From positions 252-64,251 of the forward strand of contig JAFUSH010000046.1 in the NCBI GenBank assembly GCA_017471705.1: 64,000 bases of DNA, read 5' to 3'. This document shows, piece by piece, positions 37,548-47,691 of the stretch (positions are counted from its first letter, which is position 1; each line of letters opens with the position of its first letter). The translations under genes were made by a program, and so were the position numbers. Origin of the DNA: Alphaproteobacteria bacterium (GTDB lineage Bacteria > Pseudomonadota > Alphaproteobacteria > RF32 > CAG-239). Below the pieces are notes generated by a model. It did no database searches, was not told the DNA's origin, and was given only the letters and a program-made list of their open reading frames with translations.

Positions 37548-37733
37548 TTATTTTCCTTTCTTCTTTAACCCAATATCTCGTACGCCACTGACACCGAGTA
37601 AAATGCCCATGGCTGTTAATAAATACTCCCAGTCCACTACCGGCAAGCCCCATATGGGCGAGATCAGGCAGTTGTGCAGGAACCCGTAACACAGGATCCA
37701 GCCCAGGACCGGGATCCAAAGCCGCTTTTTCAT
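37548..37733 (-). CDS. holin-like two-TM protein
   Basis: 61 aa with two hydrophobic segments and a basic C-terminus 'GLKKKGK'. It overlaps the endolysin stop by 4 nt. Confidence 0.45.
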   Translation of the reverse strand: MKKRLWIPVLGWILCYGFLHNCLISPIWGLPVVDWEYLLTAMGILLGVSGVRDIGLKKKGK

Positions 37734-38134
37734 GCCATTTGAATTCCTTTTAATAGAGTTTCATTAGAGTATGGTTGTATTCCGTTTTCATGTCTGATGA
37801 TCGCCTTAATAAAGACCATCAAAACACCATCTTCCGAAAGATCTACCGGCGTATCGGGCGTAATTCCCAGTTGCCAGGATACGCTGTCAATGTATGAAAC
37901 TGTTTCGTTTTCGGTCGGTGGTGCATACCGGCTGATTATCCGGTAAGGCGTGTTCAGGCCATAAAGCCGCTGATAGTTACGAAGTAATTTGGCCAACGCC
38001 CGGATACCGTATTCCGGTGTTTCAAATACACAAAAGGACGGGTCTTGCTGTTTCCCGTCCTTTTTTAATCCTTTCCAGTCCGAACCCCAACGGATGTTGC
38101 CGGGGTTGTTATTTCTTATGCCGCGTGTGATCAT
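37730..38134 (-). CDS. putative endolysin (NNPGNIR-motif peptidoglycan hydrolase family)
   Basis: 'GIRNNNPGNIRWGSDWKG' motif and its position within the lysis cassette. The start is set at the internal Met (MITRG). Confidence 0.5.
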   Translation of the reverse strand: MITRGIRNNNPGNIRWGSDWKGLKKDGKQQDPSFCVFETPEYGIRALAKLLRNYQRLYGLNTPYRIISRYAPPTENETVSYIDSVSWQLGITPDTPVDLSEDGVLMVFIKAIIRHENGIQPYSNETLLKGIQMA

Positions 38135-38348
38135 TGTGCATCTCCCATAAAAGCTGATGTAATTCATCAATCTTTGTTTCCAGGCGATTGATGTTAACCT
38201 GAGTGGCATACTCCTTGGCCACCGCAACTTTGAACTCGTTGAGGTCGCGCTCAAGGAGTTTTATTTCCTTGCGTTGCTCCCCGAGTTTATAAAAAAACCA
38301 GCCAAAGGCCGGTACGCAGATGATTTGTAAAAATTGAATCCAATCCAT
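38109..38348 (-). CDS. single-TM coiled-coil protein (holin/antiholin-like)
   Basis: 'MDWIQFLQIICVPAFGWFFYKL' is a TM segment and a coiled coil follows. It lies directly upstream of the endolysin. Confidence 0.35.
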   Translation of the reverse strand: MDWIQFLQIICVPAFGWFFYKLGEQRKEIKLLERDLNEFKVAVAKEYATQVNINRLETKIDELHQLLWEMHNDHTRHKK

Positions 38349-38361
38349 GGTTTGTCCTTTC

Positions 38362-40596
38362 TTAGTTGGTGTGAACTCTTGAGTCCTCAATTGTCGCTGT
38401 GATTTCAACCTTGCCGGAACGCGGTTTTATTCCGGTAACGCGTGCCAAAGTTCCCCACTTATCCTGAGTTCCAAAGGCAAAATGTGTTCGCTCTGAGGTC
38501 GTGCCGGTCTCAATTTCTATGTCCGGCGTATCTTGTAAAACAACCTCATTTGGCAGTGATCCCGCTGTTACCCGGTATGGTCCGGACAGGCTCCCTGTGC
38601 GAGTTCTTAAAGCCAAGTAATGATTTTGGCCCTCGGTAAACTCAACCGGTTCGGATAGCGTTAAAGTCATGTCATTTTTTGACAGGATTTCACCGCCTGA
38701 ACCCCAATGCGGCATATCGTGCGTGATAGAAATCAAATCCCCATAGCTCGGGATCAGACCTTCCAGTTCGGTTGAAAATGTCACAATGCGCCGGCGATAT
38801 CTGTTGGCCAACGCCATGTAGATGGCCTCCCGGAGAGCTTGGTTTTTATCGGTACAACCGAAAAGCTCAACCGTTGCCGTTTTATCCGAAGTGGATCCTT
38901 CAAAACTGCCGGTTATCTCAGAGTTCTTCCAAGTCCGGTCAGAAAAATACTGAACGCAAACGCTGTCCGCTGTATCTTCAGACGGCATGATGTATTGAAT
39001 TGTCAAGCTGTTTTTGACGATGTTTCTCGGTCCGAACAATGCAACCGGTATTGATTTTGGCTCGTCCCGGACAAAGCGAACAATCCCTCCTTGAATGTAG
39101 GGAACGGAACGTCCGACTTTGCAGGTTCGCGACAAGGCATCATAAACCGTCAATTTGGAATCAAAGACGGCATTAAACGTATCACCGCGTGCGGCCCAAA
39201 TCTGATCCAGCCGGTATAAACCTTCAAGATCTATGGACTTGTCGGTCAGTCTTGCACCATAATTGGCCTTTAAGATGTCGGCTATTGCCCAAGCGATAGA
39301 GCGTGTAGGAATTTTTCCGCTCCATCCTTCTGTAGGCGACTATGTAGGTAGACGTCTTGTCACGATGCAGTTAAGCATACGGCTTGAACGTTGTGACAGG
39401 TTGTTTGTGGCTTTCATTTTAACGGCGATCAATGTTACGTCGCCGTAACTTGGGCTCGATACAATAAACCCTTTTGCCGAAGCCCATCTAATTTCATGTC
39501 CGGCGCGTGAAGATGTGTCTTTTACATCTAAACGCGTAGCCCGGACTTCGTATCTTCCGCTTGCGACAGTATATGAGTAAGTGCGGAACATGCTATTGTG
39601 GTTATTTGATGTAAATGATTCGCTACCCAGTGTAAACCAATCACCAAGGGGTAAATCCTCATCGTCAATTAGCCTTGCATCAATGCGCCATTGAATGGTT
39701 TTATTGTCCATGCCTCCGTTGTTGTTTGCATAATAAAGGCCTCTTTGAAAAGCTACATCAATCTCTATTTTATCGATTACGCTTTCGGTCGGATTTAATA
39801 CAAATGGTCCGCATACTTCGTCTTTTAGTAATTCCTGGCCGGCAACTTCAGGCGAAGTCACAACATCATCACGAAACAATGTATTGCGCTCGCCCGGATT
39901 GATTATTTGATAAGTAATCTCTTCGAATGAATCAATTGGGGTATCTTCAATTCTTATTTGTTCGATGTTATATTCACCTTGACCAATGCAATGGAGCTGA
40001 TAAACATACTGTTCATCGTTCGCATACGCATAGTAAGGCTGACTGGCAAAATCCGGATAAATCAGGTGTCGCCCGTAAATGACCGGTATCGGACTACCGA
40101 GCCTTGCTTGGTTTCCCTGAGCTTGTAAAGAGTAAGTCGGACTTTGTGCCGCTATGGAGTTGGCCGAACCTGAACCATTAAGCGATGCCCTTGGGGTGGG
40201 AACAAATGTATTAACCAAAAAGCTCCCGGCCATAGAGACACCGGCCGCCGCAACGCCACCCCATACAGCTCCATAAGCCGCTCCAACAGCACCACCCGTA
40301 TAAACAGATGCAACCACAACGGCCACCATCAAAACAACTTGAATCGGATTTGATGACTTTTTACCGCCACCGCCTTGTGGCAAAGTGATGAAGCAGACCA
40401 AGGATTTCGGCTGAACGGTATCGTTCCAAAACTTCCTGAGGACTGCGGCACCGTCTATCATGCATATTGTCGGGCGCGAAAGGTCTACTTTCTGCTCCCG
40501 GACCATATCCCAAACGGTTTTGCCGTCATCAAGGACATTGTCTATCCGACCCTTATTCGGCTGAAAAGGGTTTGTAATGTGTGAAAAGTAAATCAT
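38362..40596 (-). pseudogene. tail-tip gene (lambda gpI-like N-terminus fused to gpJ-like central fibre) interrupted by one in-frame TAG at 39340-39342
   Basis: Track ORFs 39340..40596 and 38362..39153 are in the same frame. I translated the 62 codons between them and found no stop. gpI-like 'LPQGGGGKKSS'; J-like 'PIPVIYGRHLIYPD' and 'RSIAWAIADIL'. Confidence 0.7.
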
Positions 40597-40607
40597 TTAT
40601 TTTCCTT

Positions 40608-41002
40608 TTACTCGATAATAGCTGTCTATTTGCCACCCGCACAGGCGCATTGATGGTAAATCTTGAAAGATAACACCGGCATCGCGGCAACAATGTAAAA
40701 CACCACCGCCGTCAGCATCTAGCCATAAGCCGGCATGAACCGGATGTTTTGACTGGCGAAGCAGAACGACATCACCGTCTTGCGGTTTTTCAACCTCATT
40801 AAACGCCCGGAAAGCAGGATCCTTTTTTGAATGCGATTAAAACGCTCCTAAGATTATCCGGATTAACATTTACCGCCGGCACATCTATGCCGTATTCGTG
40901 CTTCAGGATCCAGCGCACCATTCCCCAACAGTCAAATTCATCAGGGCCTTGCGCACCGGCAACCCAGGGCAAGCCTATATATTTACAAGCAAAATGTGTC
41001 AT
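40608..41002 (-). pseudogene. NlpC/P60 tail protein (lambda gpK-like) with a frameshift in an A6 run (40823-40828)
   Basis: The N-terminal frame gives 'FDCWGMVRWIL' (catalytic Cys) and ends at 40799. Another frame continues 'DPAFRAFNEVEKPQDGDVVLLRQSKHPVHAGLWLD...' to the TAA at 40608. Confidence 0.65.
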
Positions 41003-41541
41003 CTTGTTAATCCCGGATAGTTTTTAACGGTGTAGTTTTCACTCGGAAACGACTTATTTCCGATGTCCATCATGCGAGCCGTTGCTGATATTTTGTAACA
41101 GTCCACATGAATATCAGTAATAACCAAGGTTATCGGCGGATCCATCTGTGGCGTTGTCAGGTCGTCAGACAGATATGGGCGGTATGTCAGCTCGATCATG
41201 TCTTGTGTTTCAATCGCTCGATCAAGATAAGTGATCATCTCGGTTGAAACGTTGTCGATCGTGACCGAAATCTCAGGTGTCGGCGTGTTGTTGACCGGTG
41301 GCAATTCCAAATCAAAGGCCATGGCAACAAACTCCACAGCTTCACCCGGATTAAGCGGAGCCGAGTTTTCAAGCGTACATATATGACTGACGTGATCTCG
41401 GACTACGCGAATAGCGGTCTGATTTCCTTGTTCATCAACAAAAGATGGATGCCGAAGTTCCAAGGTATGGAGCAAAATCACATCACTCGGAGCCGAAGCA
41501 TAGGCTTCCTTTAGTGCTTCTGAAAGCGTGTTATCGGTCAT
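40999..41541 (-). CDS. minor tail protein (gpL position)
   Basis: It lies between the fibres and the K-like gene. The start is set at 'MTDNTLSEAL'. The call rests mainly on synteny. Confidence 0.4.
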   Translation of the reverse strand: MTDNTLSEALKEAYASAPSDVILLHTLELRHPSFVDEQGNQTAIRVVRDHVSHICTLENSAPLNPGEAVEFVAMAFDLELPPVNNTPTPEISVTIDNVSTEMITYLDRAIETQDMIELTYRPYLSDDLTTPQMDPPITLVITDIHVDCYKISATARMMDIGNKSFPSENYTVKNYPGLTR

Positions 41542-41552
41542 TGTTTCTCCTT

Positions 41553-42923
41553 TCAATATCCAACTGCTGACCATGAAATAACGCCAGTTCGCCCGCTGGT
41601 GTTATCAGAATCGTAATATTTTATTATAAAAGTAGATTTAGTGACACTTACTGCGCAGGCCACATAGTTATTGTCACTCGTCGAATTTGTCGGTACTTCA
41701 CTCGGAGTTACGATAACACTGATGGCAGTATTTGGGAAAGGCTCAGGGAATGTAACTGTTCCGCTTGTTGCAATCGTAACTTTTCCACCCTGTTTTATTA
41801 GGCCTGTCTTAGTATCTTTTTCAACCCATGTCGTAGGAGTTTTTGAGCAAACTATTCTATTCTCAGCTTCTTCGAGTTTTTGTTGCAAAAGAATAACTAA
41901 ATTTCTAAGTTCTGATGTTTCTTCAACAGTAAGCGTACGCGTAACATCAGCGCACTTGATGTATGTCAGTTCATAATATGCTTTTGGACGTGTTTCATCA
42001 CCAAAGCGGGCAGTCCCATTTTGTCCTGTCTTAGGATTTAGAATAAATAAGTCAGGTCCGTCTTGCCTCAAGCCTTCATCTGTTCCGTTCGTTGTACCGA
42101 TAGTAGCACCGTCACCCGATCCCCATACATCTTGTCTAATTTGAGCAATATGGTAGTGACCTTGGAACTGGTCTAACTCGACATTTCCTAATTGATTCAG
42201 GGTGCCGCCACGTGCAAAGTTTACCAACAATGGCAAAATAAGTGTATTATTATCGACTTTTACATAACTGGCGCACATTCCATATGTTGCTACTTGGCTA
42301 TCATAGGTTTCCTCATCAACCAAAACTAGGCTATTTGTATCTACCAGTTGAGTAAAAAAGTCTGGGTAACGAGCTCTTGTTATCGTGTTTTTATACCAAA
42401 CCGGCTCATATCCGTCTGGAACTTTTGAACTTGCTGGGACTGTCAGCTTTGTGCCGAGCGGTGTCGGAGCCGCATTTTGGGCATAGGCTAAAGCTCTTTC
42501 TGCTTGGGCTGTGGCAAGTGCAACCTGAACAGCTCCTTCCGACTGAACCTGTGATATTGAGGCGGCCGTTGCACTAGCAATACTGTTGTATGTTGTTTGC
42601 GACAGATCCTTAAATGTTTCCGCTTCATCTCTAAGAGTTTTTGTTTGCCCTTTTAAAGTATTGGTTTCATTTTTAATAATTTGAGTTTCGGATTTTATTT
42701 GCAATGTGTCAGCCTTTGCCTGGCGACAGTCACCGACATAATCCTCTAGACCGTTTATTATTTCGGCACGCACGTCCTTTAGCTGTTTTGCGACAGACGG
42801 TACATTTCCATTTTCGGTCGGTACAGTTGTTGTATCATCCCCATGAACTATTGTGTGCCACTTTGAACTGTCGGTTTCCGATTGAGAAACAACAGCCTGC
42901 AATCTTTCTTCTAAATTTGGCAT
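41553..42923 (-). CDS. tail fibre protein, paralogue 3 (collar-like domain)
   Basis: It shares the N-terminus 'EERLQAVV...KWHTI.HG..TTTVPTE.GNVP.VAKQLKDV'. The central 'FGDETRPKAYYELTYIKC' is tail-collar-like. The C-terminus 'VTFPEPFPN...WSAVGY' is a fibre tip. Confidence 0.75.
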   Translation of the reverse strand: MPNLEERLQAVVSQSETDSSKWHTIVHGDDTTTVPTENGNVPSVAKQLKDVRAEIINGLEDYVGDCRQAKADTLQIKSETQIIKNETNTLKGQTKTLRDEAETFKDLSQTTYNSIASATAASISQVQSEGAVQVALATAQAERALAYAQNAAPTPLGTKLTVPASSKVPDGYEPVWYKNTITRARYPDFFTQLVDTNSLVLVDEETYDSQVATYGMCASYVKVDNNTLILPLLVNFARGGTLNQLGNVELDQFQGHYHIAQIRQDVWGSGDGATIGTTNGTDEGLRQDGPDLFILNPKTGQNGTARFGDETRPKAYYELTYIKCADVTRTLTVEETSELRNLVILLQQKLEEAENRIVCSKTPTTWVEKDTKTGLIKQGGKVTIATSGTVTFPEPFPNTAISVIVTPSEVPTNSTSDNNYVACAVSVTKSTFIIKYYDSDNTSGRTGVISWSAVGY

Positions 42924-42924
42924 A

Positions 42925-43731
42925 TTATACTCCTTTGCAAGGCATAAAGGTTAATTCTCCGCCTGTTAGTTTTACAACATCGCCCGGACTGACCAGGAAT
43001 GAAAAACTGTTATATTCTTCCCAGTGTCCGTAGTTTCCGTATTGGTGGAATACTTCATAGCCGTTTATGTAACCCAAAAGTGAACTGTTATAGACAACAT
43101 TTCGCATAATAACCCACCCATACTTCGTAATAGTCACATCTGTATTAAGAGAAAGGACTTGTCGCCGGGACCAATCCGGGGCAATCCAACCGATAATTCC
43201 TGTTTTGGCCGCCGCAGTAGGTGCAATATTTGAAAAATCCAAGTTTGCTTTCGAACTTGTTGCGGCTTCAGCTCGGTTTGCTTGACTTGTAGCCTCAGCT
43301 ACTTGTTCAGCTACAGCATTTTGCACATTGGTCACTTGGGTTGTACCTTCCGCTCGAATAGTGCTAATCGAGTTTGTTGTAGCGGTCGAAATGCTGTTAA
43401 AAATGGTTTGAGACTGATTTTTTAAGGCCTCTGTATCATTCTTTAACCCTATAACATCAGATTTTAATCCGTTTGTTTGCTCTTTAATAGCAAGTGTATC
43501 GGCCTTTGTTTGAATTGTAACATCACGAGCGTTTCTGCACTCGGCCAAATAATCTACAACACCATTTACAACTTCATCGTGCACATCTTTCAACTGCTTG
43601 GCTACCGTAGGAACATTTCCGCTTTCGGTCGGTACAGTTGTTGTATTATTACCATGAATTATTGTATGCCATTTAACGCCGTCCATTTCAGCCTGATAAA
43701 CAACAGCCTGTAATCTTTCTTCCATATTCAT
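42925..43731 (-). CDS. tail fibre protein, paralogue 2
   Basis: The N-terminal ~165 aa are near-identical in pattern to 43744..44553. The C-terminus diverges. Confidence 0.7.
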   Translation of the reverse strand: MNMEERLQAVVYQAEMDGVKWHTIIHGNNTTTVPTESGNVPTVAKQLKDVHDEVVNGVVDYLAECRNARDVTIQTKADTLAIKEQTNGLKSDVIGLKNDTEALKNQSQTIFNSISTATTNSISTIRAEGTTQVTNVQNAVAEQVAEATSQANRAEAATSSKANLDFSNIAPTAAAKTGIIGWIAPDWSRRQVLSLNTDVTITKYGWVIMRNVVYNSSLLGYINGYEVFHQYGNYGHWEEYNSFSFLVSPGDVVKLTGGELTFMPCKGV

Positions 43732-43743
43732 TTGAAGTATCTC

Positions 43744-44553
43744 CTAGTAACCGCACGCATACCATGATTTTGCAAGACTTGCGCTTCCACCACGATTATA
43801 AATTGTCATTTGTGTTGCCGAAGTACGCTGTATACATTGTGCGTAGATTTCGCCGTTTGTTCCGATACTTGTAGCCACAACGGTGTAATTTGTATTTGAA
43901 AACGCTTTAGGAAATGTAACAGTTGTTTGACCTGATGCCCCGACTTCGCCGCCTTGCTCAATCCAACCATCAGGCCAAACTCTATACCATGTTTTTCCAT
44001 CGACATATTTTGTAAACATCTTGGAAAAAAGAGTTTCTTTTGTAATGTTTGAAAGATTCGTGTCAACTTTTGTTGAAGTCGCTTGTTCTGCGCGATTTGC
44101 CTGATTTGTTGCTTCTGCCACTTGTTCAGCCACAGCAGTACGCACATTTGTGACCTGAGTAGATCCTTCTGTTTGCACAGTTTCCACAGCATTAGCTGTC
44201 GCAGACGAGATATTATTAAAAATCGCTTGTGACTGATTTTTTAGGCTTTCGGTATCATTTTTTAATGTTGTTACATCGTTTTTTATTTTATTGGTTGCAT
44301 CTTTTATGGCCTGAGTTTCCGTTTTAGTCTGAATTGTTGCATCTCGAGCAGTTCTGCACTCAGTCATATAATCAATAACACCGTTTACAACCTCATCATG
44401 AACATCTTTTAATTGTTTTGCCACAGTTGGAACATCGCCGTTTTCTGTGGGGACAGTTGTTGTATTATTACCATGAATTATTGTATGCCATTTTTCGCCA
44501 TCTGCTTCAGCTTGCAAAACAACGGCTTGTAATCTTTCTTCCATATTTGCCAT
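43744..44553 (-). CDS. tail fibre protein, paralogue 1
   Basis: Shared N-terminal anchor. C-terminal fibre tip 'TVTFPKAFSNTNYTVV...WYACGY'. Confidence 0.7.
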   Translation of the reverse strand: MANMEERLQAVVLQAEADGEKWHTIIHGNNTTTVPTENGDVPTVAKQLKDVHDEVVNGVIDYMTECRTARDATIQTKTETQAIKDATNKIKNDVTTLKNDTESLKNQSQAIFNNISSATANAVETVQTEGSTQVTNVRTAVAEQVAEATNQANRAEQATSTKVDTNLSNITKETLFSKMFTKYVDGKTWYRVWPDGWIEQGGEVGASGQTTVTFPKAFSNTNYTVVATSIGTNGEIYAQCIQRTSATQMTIYNRGGSASLAKSWYACGY

Positions 44554-44555
44554 TT

Positions 44556-45038
44556 TTATAAATCCTCAATATATTGTGGGCATTCCGTATTGACGAAATA
44601 GTGCAAATGATTAACTGCACTAGAAAGCCTATCAAAATCATTGTCCAGCAAAATTGCCAACGCACCATCCGAAAGTGTCGGTCGGTCACGAATCTCAAGT
44701 TCTGATGTGATTTCCCAAAGGTATCCATTCAGAAGTTTTGCCTCAAACTGTTGGGTAAACCTGGCTTCTTGTTTCAAAAGTCCGAGACCGCCTAAAAGGG
44801 TAATAACAAACCATTCAGCCCCTTCTTTTGCATAGTATTTGTACCAGGCTTCAAAGAGCGAGAATTGCTCTCGGTTCATTACCCAGCGCACGGAAATTTT
44901 AGACGGCGTTTGTTCATAACGCCGCCTTTGTCTTGCTGGTCCTGCCTCCATATCGGTTCGTACAATCGCTTCGCCTGGTTTTATGGTATATCCTTCTGTC
45001 GTTGGATAAGGTAGTTTTTCTGGAAAAATTACTGTCAT
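44556..45038 (-). CDS. minor tail protein (gpM position)
   Basis: It overlaps the tape-measure stop by 4 nt. Synteny only. Confidence 0.35.
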   Translation of the reverse strand: MTVIFPEKLPYPTTEGYTIKPGEAIVRTDMEAGPARQRRRYEQTPSKISVRWVMNREQFSLFEAWYKYYAKEGAEWFVITLLGGLGLLKQEARFTQQFEAKLLNGYLWEITSELEIRDRPTLSDGALAILLDNDFDRLSSAVNHLHYFVNTECPQYIEDL

Positions 45039-47680
45039 CTATAACTCCCATAGGCCGGGTTTAACGCATACCTTTGTTCTAGGATCGGCGATAAACCTTC
45101 ACCTTTACTGATGTTTTTACCAATTACCCCCTCGATTTGCTCAACGATGATGTCCAGGTTGACATTACCGTTCATGTCGCGTGTCGGGTTTGCCGTTGTC
45201 TTTGTGCCTGAAACTTTATTGACCACATTCACATTGACGTAAACCGGCGGTTTTGAATTGAGTTCTGCGCCCAGTGCTTTCATCTGTCCCGGAGTGAATA
45301 CCGTTTCGCCTTTTTTCGCGATAATCGGAATTTCGCCGCCGACCAAGCCCCCGGTATGAAAACGGGGAGCATTTTCAAAAACACTTGGACTAACAGCCTT
45401 AAGTGATAAAGTATCCGTACCAATGACACCTCCTGTATGCGCTGTCGGGATTCCAAAGTAACCCATGACACCGCCCATGATCGGCTTGATCACAGCGTAC
45501 TGCATGGCCATTCGGACCATTCCCTCGACAACTGAATTAACAAAATCTGCAAAGTTCGCTTTACCGGTCATAACAAAGCTAGTCAGTGTATCTTCCATTG
45601 ATTTGAAAGAGTTCTTGACCAGGTTTTCCGTCATTGAAGCCATATCCGAGGCATCTTCATAAACGCTTTTCATTCCTCGGGTTACGCCGTCTTTCCAGTC
45701 CTTGGAACTTTGAAGAGCGGCAACTCCTGCTTTTTTAACCATATCGTCATAAACGCGGTTCACATCATTTTTGAAATCCTCATAACCGGCCTTGGTTTTA
45801 TCCAGGTTTTTAAGTGCATCATCACGCCACTTGACCGCTTTTTGCATAGCCTGATCATAAGGATCCTGCAATTCAAAGACCTTTTGTTTGATGTCCTCAA
45901 TGGTCTTTTCGTAAGCTGATGTGTCAGTTTTTGGCAGAACAGGCGGTTTTGGAACTGCCGGCTTTTCTTCTTTGGGCCTTAATTCCGGGTTTTGAATGTA
46001 CTTCAACTCATCACGAGCCTTTTGTGCATCTATCTCCGCCGCTTTCAAAAGCAGGAACTTTTCCTGAATTGCCTTTGCCTGCGGTTGAAAATCCGGATAT
46101 TCAGCGGCCAAACGCCATACTTCCTTTTGGTATTCCTCCAGGTTATATTTTGACTGCGAAAGAATGTCCGCCAAATCGTTTGCGAAGATCTGGTATTCCT
46201 TCAGGAACATATTCGGCGCGTGACGTTGAAAAAACGACAAGCCTCCGGTATCCTTTAGTTCTTCCTTCAGGTCTTTGATGTTCTTTTCGGCCACCTTTAA
46301 CTTATAGGACCATTCGGCAATGGCTTGGTTTTTACTCTGCGCGGTCACAAGGTTGTTTGTTTCCTTGACCGTTTCAGCCATCTGTTCTTTAAGTTTGGCC
46401 AAGGTGTCCGCGTGATCATTCGCCACACGTTTTGCCACGTTATGACTGTCTACTAACTTATACAGGCCATAAACAACTAACATAACAAGACCGGCCGGGC
46501 CACCAAGCAGAGCTATGATACCTTTCAAAAGTCCGACCGCACCGGCAAGAACCTTTGCCGCCACCGCAGTTGCGTACATCTGAACAGCGGCCACTTTGGA
46601 AACTTGCCACATCATTTTAAGGCCGAGCGTGGCTGAGGCTCCGGCGGTCCCGGTTCCCATGAGAGCAACATTTAAGGCGTAAACACTTGCTTTTAGCAGG
46701 TCAATTCCTTTTGTGATCAGGCTTGCACCCAAGCGGACAGTTAAGAGCGTGATGATCGGCTCAATGTATTTGGCCAATGTAAAGAACGCTTTACTTGCCA
46801 CGTTGACGGCTGTCGCCAAAGTTTGGCCAATGGCTTTTGCCGCACCATCAGAGCTGTCAAGCAACTCATTAAACTGCGAGAATGTATCTTTTAAGGCTTT
46901 GTTCAGACCGTTTTCACCAATAGACCGGATAAGCTTGCTGATAGCATCTTCGATGTTGGACATGGCACCGCCCATGGTGTCCATTTGTTCCTTCATCGCA
47001 CCGCCAAAGTTCACAAGGCCGATAGATTTAAGATAAGCCTCAATTTCTTGGGCATTTTTGCCAACGGTTGTTGTGATACCTTGAAAGGTAAATTTGACTT
47101 TTTCACCTTCTACTTGGGCCTGAATACCAAAGGTCCGGAGCGATTTGAAGTTCAGCATTACCGCCGAAGAGACAGCATTCGTAAAATCCATGATGTTTTT
47201 ACCAAAGGCCGAAGCGGTATTTCCATAAGAGGTCAAAGCTTCAGCAGTTGAATCCAATCCCAATGCTCTTAACCGGGTAAAAGCCTCAATAATCTCTTCC
47301 AGCTGATACGGCGTGTCCAGCGCAAACTTTTCGATCATTGAAAAGGCTTCTTGCGCACCTTTGGCTGAGCCGGTCACTGTTTTTAAAGATCCGATCAAGC
47401 TTTCAAACTCCTTGTTTGTCTGAACGATACCCTTGAACGCATTTGTCAGTCCGCGCAACCCGAGGTATGCTCCGGCTAACGATGCCGCTTGTTTGAGGGT
47501 ATTATTAAAGGCCTTGGCTGTGTTGTCCAAGACCTTTAAGTTATCGTTTGCAGGTCGTATGACCTGAGTTATCCGCTGAAAGGCTTTCTGTCCGTCCGAG
47601 CCGATATTCTTGAACTCTTGCCGGACCTTGTCGCCGCCCACCGCTTCAAGTCTGATTGAAAGTTTTTTCGCTGTGTTCAT
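45035..47680 (-). CDS. tail tape measure protein
   Basis: 881 aa and Ala/Gly/Lys-rich, with hydrophobic central segments. 'FALDTPYQLEEIIEAFTRLRALGLD' is a TMP core motif. It sits upstream of the minor tail genes. Confidence 0.85.
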   Translation of the reverse strand: MNTAKKLSIRLEAVGGDKVRQEFKNIGSDGQKAFQRITQVIRPANDNLKVLDNTAKAFNNTLKQAASLAGAYLGLRGLTNAFKGIVQTNKEFESLIGSLKTVTGSAKGAQEAFSMIEKFALDTPYQLEEIIEAFTRLRALGLDSTAEALTSYGNTASAFGKNIMDFTNAVSSAVMLNFKSLRTFGIQAQVEGEKVKFTFQGITTTVGKNAQEIEAYLKSIGLVNFGGAMKEQMDTMGGAMSNIEDAISKLIRSIGENGLNKALKDTFSQFNELLDSSDGAAKAIGQTLATAVNVASKAFFTLAKYIEPIITLLTVRLGASLITKGIDLLKASVYALNVALMGTGTAGASATLGLKMMWQVSKVAAVQMYATAVAAKVLAGAVGLLKGIIALLGGPAGLVMLVVYGLYKLVDSHNVAKRVANDHADTLAKLKEQMAETVKETNNLVTAQSKNQAIAEWSYKLKVAEKNIKDLKEELKDTGGLSFFQRHAPNMFLKEYQIFANDLADILSQSKYNLEEYQKEVWRLAAEYPDFQPQAKAIQEKFLLLKAAEIDAQKARDELKYIQNPELRPKEEKPAVPKPPVLPKTDTSAYEKTIEDIKQKVFELQDPYDQAMQKAVKWRDDALKNLDKTKAGYEDFKNDVNRVYDDMVKKAGVAALQSSKDWKDGVTRGMKSVYEDASDMASMTENLVKNSFKSMEDTLTSFVMTGKANFADFVNSVVEGMVRMAMQYAVIKPIMGGVMGYFGIPTAHTGGVIGTDTLSLKAVSPSVFENAPRFHTGGLVGGEIPIIAKKGETVFTPGQMKALGAELNSKPPVYVNVNVVNKVSGTKTTANPTRDMNGNVNLDIIVEQIEGVIGKNISKGEGLSPILEQRYALNPAYGSYR

Positions 47681-47691
47681 TCATTTTTCCA

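Noticed and set aside
39340-39342. TAG reassignment (alternative genetic code) in the prophage
   Set aside because: Other prophage genes appear to terminate at TAG (e.g. the chaperone stop at 50425-50427 and the gpT-like frame at 50228-50230). A single internal TAG therefore fits mutation, readthrough or error better than recoding.
43806-44192. 128-aa alternative-frame ORF inside tail fibre paralogue 1. The same reasoning applies to other internal ORFs, e.g. 55406..55768, 53615..53983, 7043..7291 and 10955..11236.
   Set aside because: They are same-strand out-of-frame or antisense ORFs nested in genes with clear homology patterns. They have biased composition and no independent signals.
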